64,000 nucleotides of DNA, from the NCBI GenBank assembly GCA_964188305.1, contig OZ076888.1; one strand, given 5' to 3'. The DNA comes from Podarcis bocagei. Taxonomy: Eukaryota. A program made the translations under genes and the position numbers. Below, piece after piece: positions 1 to 10,496 of the stretch (positions are counted from its first letter, which is position 1; each line of letters opens with the position of its first letter). The notes under the pieces were generated by a model that was given only the letters and a program-made list of their open reading frames with translations, was not told the origin of the DNA and did not search any database.

Positions 1-1490
1 CAAACACAAAAACCTTTAGGGGGAAAATATGAAATTAGAAATTGGAAATTAAAAACAACATTCTTTGCTTCTGCATCAAAATGCATTGGCTTCTATATGT
101 CTAAAATATGCACAGCATCAAGTAATGCAGTGTTCCACAATCATGTAGCTGCAAAGACAGAGAAAATTAAGGGAGGAATTATACAACAAACCACACAGAC
201 ATGCCAATGCCTTTTCAACATTTAGAATACAGTGGTTGAGGGGAGGGAACCAAACATACCCTATACTATAAACTGCATTTCCTCCCAAACTCTACTAGTT
301 GTTTTTGCTTTAAAGTTCTGTGTTTCATTATCTTGCACTTTCCAAACATGCCTTTCCTTCAACCACAAAAATGAAACCAGTCTGGGGTTCAGATGAGAGA
401 CCTTTCAGCTGTAGCCTTGTTTGTTTGGTGCCCAATATATTTTGGTAGAAAACAGAACATACCAGTTCTAGCTGCAGAAATAAAATCAGGGTCTGTCTTT
501 CTAATATGTGCTAGGGAAAATTCCCCTAGGCTACATATGTTTAGATCCATACACACAGCACTTGTGTAAATCTCAGCCAAGCCAAGCTATTGTATAATGC
601 TACCATAAGGTATGTCAACAAAGTAATGATTTACAGTGCAGAGAATAGATTTTCTGTGTAAATCAGAAGCAAAGGTCTTAACCCAAGTAACACTCCAGTC
701 AAACCTATATTTTGCATGATTTTGGTTCATTTGTGTGATAGAGGGAAAAGTCATCACATGCAAAGGTATCAGCTTATAGGATTTTACAGTTGAGTATGAG
801 TAGGTGGATTGGATAAGGATTTTCCCCTTGCCGAATTTGAACATTAGCAGCGAAATTGATTATCCATTCCTGTGTGTGTTTGGGTGTATGTCACACCTAC
901 ACACCCAATTTAAAGTACTCTGAATCCCTCTTGTAGAAGGCAATTAATTAAAACAGAACAGTGGAAATGAGAGCAAATTAATGTTGCCCTAATGAGTAGC
1001 ACCTACATTTTTCCTTCTGAACATAGGATTCTTAACCAAATCGAACCAAACCCAGAAAGGGGGTATGTCTACTTGGACTTGAATTCACTTAAATAGAAAA
1101 AGAAAAGCTGAACTGTATCCTTTATGGTCTGGCAAACAGGACTTTTGCATATTCTTATTTATCTTATTAGAAGATACTGGAGTTTCCTGGAAAGGGAGAA
1201 GTGGTAAGGAACATATGGCGTCAGGTTGGTGTTATCACAGGTGAGACATAAACGGTTGTACCCTGTGCTTTTACCAGGTGCCATTACCCATACACTAGGA
1301 AAGGAATAACTATCTGGAGCAGTTTGATACAACTACATCAAATTCAGGCAATGCAGTTCTATCATCTGAAGTCAATAGAGTTAAATCCTGCCAATTAACT
1401 CATAGATCCAAGATGGGGTTGACGCAGTAGGATTGACTCAGAAATACACAGTATTGGTGTATACAAAAGGAGCAATAAAACTAAGGGTTT
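1..1490 (-). other. CLSTN2: Probable CLSTN2 3' UTR (end not located)
   Basis: Directly follows the stop codon and is repeat-poor compared with the introns. I saw no canonical AATAAA on the minus strand, so the UTR probably runs past the window edge. Confidence 0.6.
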
Positions 1491-1697
1491 CTAGTAGGGT
1501 AGTGTTGAATCATCCCACTCCAGCTGATCTTGCCTGGTTGCATTTTGTTTGTCTCCTTTATTTCCAATAGCTGCTTCTTCTTCTTCCTCCTCCTCCTCCT
1601 CCTCTTCACTTTCATCTGATTCAGCACTGGTTGTATCTTCCTCTTCCTCTTCCTCTTCTTCGCTTTCTTCTTGTATATGACGAGGTTCTTCATATTT
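1491..1697 (-). CDS. CLSTN2: Calsyntenin-2 last coding exon (acidic cytoplasmic tail ending QLEWDDSTLPY*)
   Basis: Acceptor acag|AAA; reads KYEEPRHIQEESEEEE...DTTSAESDESEEEE...AAIGNKGDKQNATRQDQLEWDDSTLPY-TAG, stop at 1491-1493. The LEWDDSTLPY ending matches CLSTN2. Confidence 0.96.
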   Translation of the reverse strand, partial: KYEEPRHIQEESEEEEEEEEDTTSAESDESEEEEEEEEEEEAAIGNKGDKQNATRQDQLEWDDSTLPY

Positions 1698-2568
1698 CTG
1701 TATTGTGCAGGAACACAGGGAAGAGCTGCTAGTAAGAGATTAGTTGTACTACTAAAGGCTAAAAAGGTAATGGGGGGAAGAAGTTTCCTGATTTTAAAAG
1801 TGAGATGAAGTACTAAGAAGCTGGGATTCTGCCTTCAGATGCTACAGTACACATCCATAATCTGACAGCTGCTATTACCCTAATGGGGCTGTGCTGGACT
1901 GCATAGGAGACTTATCTACCATGTGATAAGTGAAACTGATGTTCATTGCAAGAGGGGGCAAGCTAAAGGATAGAGCTAGAAAACAAAGGTAATTGAGGTG
2001 TCAGTCAATCACATATGACCTGAAGTCTTCTCTAAAATAGCAAACTCAGCTTAAAATAATTATTTATAGAAAGCAATTCTACTGAATAATATCCACCAGT
2101 GGATGACTGACAGAGAGCTCCAAATAATTAATGTCCTTCCCACCCCCAATATACTAGGTCTTGATTGAACTCTGAAAAAAATGAGTTCTGTGAGTGTTAT
2201 ATGCTCCTCCAGGATGATCAAACAAGGTTCCTTTCAGTGATGTGAATGAAAAAAAGAGCTGCATATTGACAAAAGTCAAGACAATTTTAGACCAAACCAT
2301 CGTCCTCTTCAGTTTATTAATCTTCAGTAGTGTAACAGCTGTCATGGTTTATTCCCTCCCATGATCACTACTATTAGATTGCCAGGATCATGTGGAAGAA
2401 GCCCATGCTGTGGCTCCAGTTCTAAGATTTTCCTGGTGTTAGGATGGAGCTGCAGAATGGGTTCATCCCATATGACTCCAGTATTATTAAGCTGAATTGC
2501 TTCATCTTTCATACAATTAAAACTGGAAGGGGCACACTGAGGCAGCTACACTGCTGAAAATAATATTG

Positions 2569-2704
2569 CAGGCATAGGCAAACTCGGTCCTTCAGCTGTT
2601 TTGAGACTCCAGTTCCCATCATTCCTGACCACTGGTCCTGTTAGCTAGGGATGATGGGAGCTGTAGTCCCAAAACATCTGGAGGGCCAAGTTTGCCTATG
2701 CCTG
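2569..2704. mobile_element. hAT-type foldback MITE
   Basis: TIRs caggcataggcaaact / agtttgcctatgcctg; perfect 8-bp TSD TAATATTG (2561-2568, 2705-2712); internally palindromic. Confidence 0.9.
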
Positions 2705-3280
2705 TAATATTGGAAGCAGTTTTTAGGCATGCTTGCACCTCCTCTACAACTGGAGAGGATTAATCCTAAAGCTGAGTAGCAGACTGGAGAGAACCCTTCG
2801 TCATATATAATTCCATGATTTTTTCATTTTCAATGTAGCAAATTATCAGTCCAAATAATCAATTAAATTATTTCCCCCCATCAAGGACTTCCCTCAGCTC
2901 CCCTCTCTAATTTCTTTGCACATATTGTTCTCTGCATGTTATAAAATTGTACATATCCTTGTCTTATCTATCATGTGTTCAACTAATAAATGTGTGGGTG
3001 TTTATTCAAAACCTGCCAAGGAGTCCAGATCATTTTGTTGTCTTGATTTTAGGGTTTTCAAAAGTTCCTCACCACTGATGCTGGGCAGAACATTGACATA
3101 TCCACCACTCTGGTCTCTTGACCTCTACTTGTATGGCAGGAAGTCTAAAATGAGTGCCTAGGTGCAGTACAGCTGCACAGACAATCTAAAACTGTGATTG
3201 TGCAGTTTCATACTTGTACATGTGTAGGTGCCTCTTTCATACCATTTGTGTATGGGTCATCATAAATAGATGGTATAGAC

Positions 3281-3418
3281 TAGTTGTGTGGAACCTTTGG
3301 CCTTCCACATATTGTTGAACTACAGCTCCTATCATTCCTGACAACTGGGCACACTTCCTGGGCCTGATGAGAGTTGTGGTTTAGCAACATCTGGAGGCCC
3401 AAAGGTTCCCAACATCTG
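3281..3418. mobile_element. Older hAT-type foldback MITE related to the 2569 element
   Basis: ggaacctttgg...ccaaaggttcc inverted ends and the same actacagctcc..atc / gatg..agttgt internal palindrome; TSD degraded. Confidence 0.7.
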
Positions 3419-3440
3419 GCATCATGGCATTGCTACTTAC

Positions 3441-3625
3441 CTCCATAGGATTGACAGTGATGGTCAGAGCTGAATCATCCCAGTCCATTTCATTTTCTTT
3501 ACTGCTTTCACTCTCCTTTGAGCTGTGCTTGTAAGCTGCTCGAATTCTATATACTCCCAAAGCTACTATGAAGACTAAGATACTGACACAGACGACTATG
3601 ACAATAGTAGCCACACTTGGAAGTA
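3441..3625 (-). CDS. CLSTN2: Calsyntenin-2 coding exon (about exon 16; transmembrane helix and first WDDS motif)
   Basis: (V)LPSVATIVIVVCVSILVFIVALGVYRIRAAYKHSSKESESSKENEMDWDDSALTITVNPME. Acceptor ttcag|TA, donor GAG|gtaagt; 185 nt, phase 1 to 0. Confidence 0.97.
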
Positions 3626-4239
3626 CTGAAATGAAACAAAAATGGGAAAATTAAACGTAGCTGTCCCATAGCATCTCTATAAAGATATATGTGCACATAT
3701 TTTCATCAGATAGAAATACAACAATAACTAAATATTCATTATAGAATACTGTCATTTTAAAATGCTTACTGTGACCCTCCCCCTTGTTGCTGGCCATGGC
3801 AACAAGCAAAAACAATGGTCAATGCCATAGTCACACTTCCCTTTGTGTAGTTTCATGATACCGAATTGGTGAAAAATAATAGTTTTCATCTGTAAGGGAG
3901 GTTACAAATCTGAACTGCCTTTTGCGCATGGAGCTTGCATATGGAACCTCCCATCATACTTACTAATATGATCCCCCCCAAAAAAACCCCCACTTTTTTA
4001 TATAGAAAAAAGGAAAGTGGTTCCACTAGTGCCTGTTGATTATAGCTGAATGTGTAGACTATATGAAAGAAGTTGACCTTTGAATTAGAAGCTGAGGACA
4101 ACAAACAAAGGCTATCACCTTCACATCCACTCATAAGAGCCAAATAACGTTTGGCTGCTACCCGGAACCCAGTGCTTGACTAGATAGATTTTGGTCTGAT
4201 CCAACAAGGCAATTCATATGTTCTTAATACATTTAATAC

Positions 4240-4363
4240 CTGAGCCATGAATACTGTTTATGCTTTCCTCTGGGTGATGAATAGATTGGAGAAACTGCGG
4301 CTGTATTACCATATGATTTACATATTCCATAGTATTGGAGTTGGAGCTATGTAGAATATTAAC
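4240..4363 (-). CDS. CLSTN2: Calsyntenin-2 coding exon (about exon 15, juxtamembrane)
   Basis: VNILHSSNSNTMEYVNHMVIQPQFLQSIHHPEESINSIHGS(V). Strong polypyrimidine acceptor tttttcctcttctag|GTT, donor G|gtatta; 124 nt, phase 0 to 1. Confidence 0.93.
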
Positions 4364-5351
4364 CTAGAAGAGGAAAAAGAGGATTGATGTTGCAGATGAG
4401 TAAGTGGGCAGTTCAATCACCTGCCTCTCTCTGTCTAAAACTCTGGTAGAAAAGTTAATCATTGAACAGATGTTTGAGCCGTTCCCTTCCTCTGAGAGAA
4501 GGCAGTTAATTCAAGGCTTGATGTGAAGAATCAGCCTCAAAATTTGCCCAAAAAGATGCATTAGGAGAAGAAAATGCTCATTTAGAGGGAAAGGTTGTGA
4601 AAAACCAGATTGTTGGCACTATGACATCAGTACTTTGGGGGTGGCGGGAATTTTGGGGAACATTTGCTATAGTCATAAAAAGAATGAGTCTGGACTGAAT
4701 GGTTTGGCGGCATAAACATTTCAAAACAGTAAATAAGGCAGTGTTACAGTGTCATGTCAATATCCTTGTCAATCTGAAGTGGAACGGTGGCGTGAAGTGG
4801 TCCAGATGCTATTCAGCATCCTGTCACCCTGAAAGAATGACTGAAGTTTCACAGTCCAGCACAATCTTACACTGGTATAAATTTACAACAAGAGTTTTAT
4901 AAAAAGGCTCTGCTATCCAGTGGGTGCAGGAGGCTTATCTACAATCTTCCACACAGCAATATTTGATAATAGCATTCTATTTCCTGTTGTTGTTTTTTAT
5001 GACCAACAAGAGAAGTCATAAGCTGGTCAGTATTTTAGACATTTGTGGACTCAAATAATGTAGAATTACTTCCCTACATTGTCAGTTTCAATGACAACAT
5101 TCAACATTCTCAGGTTTTAACAGTGAAATGCTATACATCAATTTGGGCACACTTAACATTATAGCCAGTCTATGGGAGCAGAACCCACAATGCGATAACT
5201 GTTCTGAAAGTTTCTCCACCAATGGTAAGAGAAAGCTGGAACACTCGTACCTATGGAGAAGCTACTGACTGCCTTTCTCCATTCATTGTTTCCCCCCCTC
5301 CCTTTTCTCTGTTATTATATTCATCAGTAGACTCTGATAAGCAGCAGGGAT

Positions 5352-5613
5352 AAGAAGAAGAAGAAGAGGAGAAGAGTTTGGATTTGATATCCCACCTTTC
5401 ACTCCCTTTAAGGAGTCTCAAAGCGGCTAACATTCTCCTTTCCCTTCCTCCCCCACAACAAACACTCTGTGAGGTGAGTGGGGCTGAGAGACTTCAAGGA
5501 AGTGTGACTGGCCCAAGGTCACCCAGCCGCTGCATGTGGAGGAGCGGAGACGCGAACCCGGTTCCCCAGATTAGGAGTCTACCGCTCTTAACCACTACAC
5601 CACACTGGCTCTC
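5352..5613 (-). mobile_element. tRNA-derived SINE (Squam3-like) with (CTT)n tail
   Basis: Minus strand begins gagagccagtgtggtgtagtggttaagagc (pol III box A) then gggttcgcgtctcc (box B); near-identical to copies at 40441, 55205 and 56674. Confidence 0.88.
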
Positions 5614-5736
5614 CATTCCCTAAGAGGAAAGATGAAGGACCAACAATAGGTGGAGAAAGCCAAGTAGCTCTTCCTTCACTTTGTGTGTGATTATTTATTA
5701 ATTCAGCTTTCCTTCCCTATTTGTTTTAATGGTACC

Positions 5737-6489
5737 TGTCAGAGCTGCTTCAAGATCCTAGCTCACAGAGGATCACGCTAGCCAGCGGTCATTAAGTAAA
5801 AGTCTTTATTGAATTACAGTTTCCATTCTCACGCTGCTGTCTGCAACTCTACGTCTACTAGCTAGATCGGCGAGGCTCCGTCTGAGTCTCCGCCCCGTGC
5901 GCACCAACTTAATATCCTAGCCTTGCTCCACCTTTTCCTCCTGACTGTCCTCCTCTGGGTCCCTCTACCCCCCGGGGCTTCTTCCTTCCGGGATTCTTCT
6001 GACGCTGACCCGGACCCTTCTGCCTCCTTGCGCCGGGCTTTAGGACCTGGTTCCCTTTCGGGGCTGCTCACTGCGCCGCCTTCCTCTGCATTTGAACTTG
6101 GCGCGCGCGCCCAACCTTCCACTTTCCTCTTAACCGTTTCTTCGCTCCCCGATGGAGGTGTGGCCACTCCTGACTCCTGCCCTCCCTCCTGTGGTGAGCT
6201 ACCAGCGCTTCCCCCCTGGCTCCTTTCCTCTTCCCTGCTTCCTGGCGGTGACGCTGGTCCCGATTTCCAGCTGCTCCCCCCTGAGTCTCCTCTGGCTCTA
6301 TCTTCCTGGGGTGCCTCTCTAGATTCCCCCCTTGCCCTGGCCACTGGTGCTCCTTTCTGTGAATCCTCTGATTCACTGGAAAGACTGGGAGATCTCGGGT
6401 CGTCGTCATCACTCATCCTTTCCTCTGTCTCCTCCCCTTCGCTCTCTGTTTCCTCCCTTGCCCGTGCCTCTGCACCTAAACCCCTGACA
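5737..6489 (-). mobile_element. Solo LTR (Gypsy-like), 753 bp
   Basis: Termini TGTCAG...CTGACA; perfect 5-bp TSD GTACC (5732-5736, 6490-6494); AATAAA on the minus strand near 5806-5811; GC- and CpG-rich. Confidence 0.88.
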
Positions 6490-7561
6490 GTACCATTTAA
6501 CTGTTTATTTTAATTATGGATATTTATGGTTTTTTTAAATATTTTTTATACTTTGTAAACTGCTTAGAAGCCTATTTTGGCATTAAGCAGTATATAGTCA
6601 TAATCAATTTCTTTCCCTGCTGCTCCAACGACAGTCAGTAAGCATTTTATGCTTGTTCAGCATCCTCGGTATTCAGTAAGCTGCTTTTAGACTCCTCTCC
6701 CTTAGCCCCCGAAATATCTGCTGAACTTCTGCAACCCTCAGGTTTTCCCCAAGCTTGCCTTCAACTACCTCTTGTGTTGATCTGCTGTTTTGGTTACATA
6801 AGTACAGGCACTCAAAATATGAGTTCACAAAATATGAGTTTCTAGCAAAGGAGGGCACTCTAGAAAGTTGTTTAGCTGGCTAAGATAGATAAAAGACTGT
6901 GATAGAAGGGTGATGGAGAAGTGGCCATGTGCCACCGTGAAATGGCAGGGCTGTTATATCAAAATAGGATGGCTCTGACTGTAATGAGCAATTGACAGTC
7001 ACTTAGTGAAAGGAGATACAAAGTCCACAAGTAGGAACTCCTGACACAGTGATGGAAAATCCTTTTTCTCTACAAAGGAGAGGATGCTGTGAGTCCTTAG
7101 TGAGACTTATTGAAATGCTGTTTCACCCCACAAAAAAGATGAAAGAAGATCATGATGGGAATGCAATTTTAGTTCTATCTTCTAGTTGTTTTCAGTCCCT
7201 TCCATCTGCCTGCTCTCATCTTTGCCCAGTTTCACTTACACACTGCATAATGTCTCTGACAAGAGCTGCCACAGTCAGCAGCTGTTGCTCTTAGACTGAG
7301 ATGCTATCTACATGGTGTGTGTGAAGTTGAGAGCCAGAGAGGTGTGCAGAACAGCAGTTTAGTATGCACAAGACAAATAGTCGAGAGCCTTTGAATTTAG
7401 GAGAGAGATGGCTGAAGGAGAGCTAATTATAAACAGAATGGCACCCTGGCACGAGGAATTCTAACCAACTGGATAACACAATATGTCATAAAATAACATT
7501 TCCAGATACTTCACATGTGCCATGCATGTGCAGAAATAACTAAGGCTAAGCCTTCCAACTA

Positions 7562-7947
7562 CAGTGGTGCCTCGCAAGACGAAAAGAATCCGTTCCGCGA
7601 GTCTCTTTGTCTTGCGGTTTTTTCGTCTTGCGAAGCAAGCCCATTAGCGGCTTAGCGGATTAGCACTATTAGCGGCTTAGCGGGCTTAGCGGATCAGCTG
7701 ATAAGCGGTTTAGCGGCTTAGCGGATCAGCTGTTAAGCGGCTTAGCGGCTTAGGATCAGCTGATAAGCGGCTTAGCGGCTTGGGAAAAAGGGGGGGGGAG
7801 AAAACCCCGCAGGAACTCACAAGACATTTTCATCTTGCGAAGCAAGCCCATAGGAAATTCGTTTTGTGAAGCACCTCCAAAACGGAAAACCCTTTCATCT
7901 AGCGGGTTTTCCGTCTTGCGAGGCATTTGTCTTGCGGGGCACCACTG
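7562..7947. mobile_element. Tc1/mariner (pogo/Tigger-like) MITE with internal tandem array
   Basis: TIRs cagtggtgcctcgcaagac / gtcttgcggggcaccactg; TA flanks on both sides. Confidence 0.9.
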
Positions 7948-8988
7948 TATGTGCCTCCTTAGGTGGGACCCCCACATACATCGTGTCTAGTAACTAAAAC
8001 AGGGTACAGAGTGGGTTCCATCCAGGAAAGAGTGATCACAGGCATCATAGATGCTTTTAGGTCCCCCATTTCTGTCTTATTAATATACTTGGAAGAGATC
8101 AATTCTTTCCTCTCCTGGACTTACATTTGGAACTTCTTGCCAATCCATGTCAATCAGATGCATTACCTTTGAAACTACTGTTATGAAATTCACTCTCACA
8201 GTTGCTAAATATCTGAAAGTATATTTATCAAGTAATATCTGAGGAATAAGTAAGTAAATAAATAAAGAGCACACCTCCATTAGCTCTCTGAAGTAAGCTA
8301 TTGCCATGATCCCTGCTTTTCTATTCAATAGGATACTGGGAAAATGTATTACATAACAGGATTGATGCAGTTGTTGGGAATTGGTGGAAAACATGATGTA
8401 TAGAACTGCTTCACAGATAGTGGGCTCTCTGTGCCTCTGATCTGATTATAATTCTACCATTTCAACTGCTATCATTTACTGCCTAGTCTACACATTGGAA
8501 CCACTCAAGCCAATGGTTAAATTGCCATGCAAGCTAACCACAAATGGCTATGTTCATTGTTTATTCATATATTCCAGTAAATACTGGAGAATGCTTATCA
8601 AGAAGCAATATTTTCTGAGGTAAACTTTATATGAACACAACAGGCAAAAAAGACCAGTTTCAATCTCTGGTTTAAAATCTAACTATGATACACATGAATT
8701 CTGGTAATGCTGAATCATAGTTATGTTAATTACAGATTTTCAGTGTGTGGGTTTGTGAAAGCTGGGGGAGGAGATGGAGCATCGTCCCAGCCTGTTGGGT
8801 AGTGTTACATCTGAACTGATCCATGGAAATGCACTGAAAGTATAGGGTGCACATTATAGAAACGAATAAATTTCACACTGCTTGAATGCAGGATTTTAAA
8901 CATTTACTGTGCTGAATAGTTAGGCAAAAATAAAACTCCTTTTTTAACATGGAAACAGTGGTCAACATACGTTTTACACAAGACTTAC

Positions 8989-9134
8989 CTCTAAATTAAA
9001 TTCATTGCTGGTGTAACGTCCATTAAGTTCTGAGCACTTGATTCTAAACTTCCTGTCAAAGATGGAAGATGTGTGCCAATTACGATAGCGTAACTGTCGC
9101 AAGACTTGTGCATAGTTTCTCATTGTGTCCACAC
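8989..9134 (-). CDS. CLSTN2: Calsyntenin-2 coding exon (about exon 14)
   Basis: (G)VDTMRNYAQVLRQLRYRNWHTSSIFDRKFRIKCSELNGRYTSNEFNLE. Acceptor ttcag|GT, donor GAG|gtaagt; 146 nt, phase 1 to 0. Confidence 0.96.
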
Positions 9135-10325
9135 CTGAAGCCATAAGACATCATCAGTAAGTAAATGAAAACATACACTGCACAGACTATAGACATGAAA
9201 TAAAAATACGGCTGTTGTTGTTTTGGCAAATGAATAGCTTAATAATTTGAATGTTAAAATATGACATTAAAAACACATGCGTCTGATCAACGCATGTAAC
9301 AAAATAGGTATATGCCTAGGAATCATAATGGGAACAAACAGACATGTCATCACCAGCATTAAATCAATAAGGTTAGTTTCACAAAACGCACTGAAAATCG
9401 AAGTTTGTTAGCCCTATTCAAACATGGGCTAAAAATGAGGAGAGATGCACACACAGTTGTCCCCACACTGAGAGGGAAGGTCTGAAGGGAGATTCTAAGC
9501 AGGTTCTAATGAATATAAAGAGAATCCTTCCCATGACTGGGATCCCTGCCTTACTTTGAAAATCCCCTTATCTTGAGATTCCCCTTCCCGACCTTCCTCC
9601 TTAACACAGAGCCAGAGCCCAGTGCCTGTAGGAGGTGGGGTCGAGCTTCCAGGTGGGCTCCCTTTCCTCTTGGAAACCATATGTGTTTGCCCCCAAAATC
9701 TGAAGTGGCATATTATCAACCCACATCCCACCATCTTGTAGTACAGGATAAGATATATATTCCTCAACATGCACAGAACAAAAGCCAGGCATAACTCCGG
9801 CAAAAATAATATATACTATTGGTAGCTAATAACAATCCTCTTTAGGGCTGCATCTTTTTATACGGATATAACATTTTCCATTCATAATATTATTTTGAAG
9901 AAAACAGGCATATATTTAGGGACTATCATTCGAATTATAAACACCACTTCTTTTTCTGCTAAGTGCTACATTAGCCGTATTTAGAAATCTGAGGTATTTT
10001 ATTATTTCTTTGGTTTATAAAAAGCAAGATCTAGTACAGAAAACTTGAAGCATTTACTTGTTGGAAGTCAGCAATCACCAGGTCATTTGCATCCAAATGG
10101 AGGCAGCAGGGTCTTCTCCCCCATAGGAGGAGGCCACATCCTTCAGAGAACAATTATTCACATGATGAATTTGAAGCAACCCTTTCTAAGTTTCGCCATG
10201 CTAATGAATTCTACTCTTTCCTTAAACAAAAGGCTATAACTTCCAAATCGCAAAAAAAGAACATTTAATTTTAAACTTAGAAAATAAGTTGAAAAGGGGA
10301 GGAAAGATCAAGAAATTAAACATAC

Positions 10326-10496
10326 CATATATTGAATACCCTGCTGTGGAGTTTGTAGCATCCAAGTGTTTTCCTTGAAGTTCTGTCCGATCCAGTTCTA
10401 AACATTCATGTTTGGGGTCCAGTTCTGCTCCAATTACCAAAATGTCACAAAAATCCAAGTTATGGTGCATTTCTTCTAGGGTAACTGGTTTATGGA
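10326..10496 (-). CDS. CLSTN2: Calsyntenin-2 coding exon (about exon 13)
   Basis: (V)HKPVTLEEMHHNLDFCDILVIGAELDPKHECLELDRTELQGKHLDATNSTAGYSIY(G). Acceptor cctcag|TC, donor G|gtatg; 171 nt, phase 1 to 1. Confidence 0.94.

Noticed and set aside
1481-1693. Lys/Arg-rich 70-aa ORF in the track
   Set aside because: It is an alternative frame of the CLSTN2 last exon; the spliced frame gives the poly-Glu tail ending LEWDDSTLPY.
5352-5613. tRNA-like box A/box B sequences here and at 13983, 31690 and 56674
   Set aside because: They are SINE heads with bodies and tails, not cloverleaf tRNA genes.
7640-7785. CRISPR-like or telomere-like array
   Set aside because: No unique spacers, eukaryotic context, and the unit is TTAGCGG rather than TTAGGG; it is a MITE-internal tandem repeat.
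9295-9802. LTR-like block (TGTAAC...GGCA)
   Set aside because: I could not identify a TSD or convincing inverted termini.
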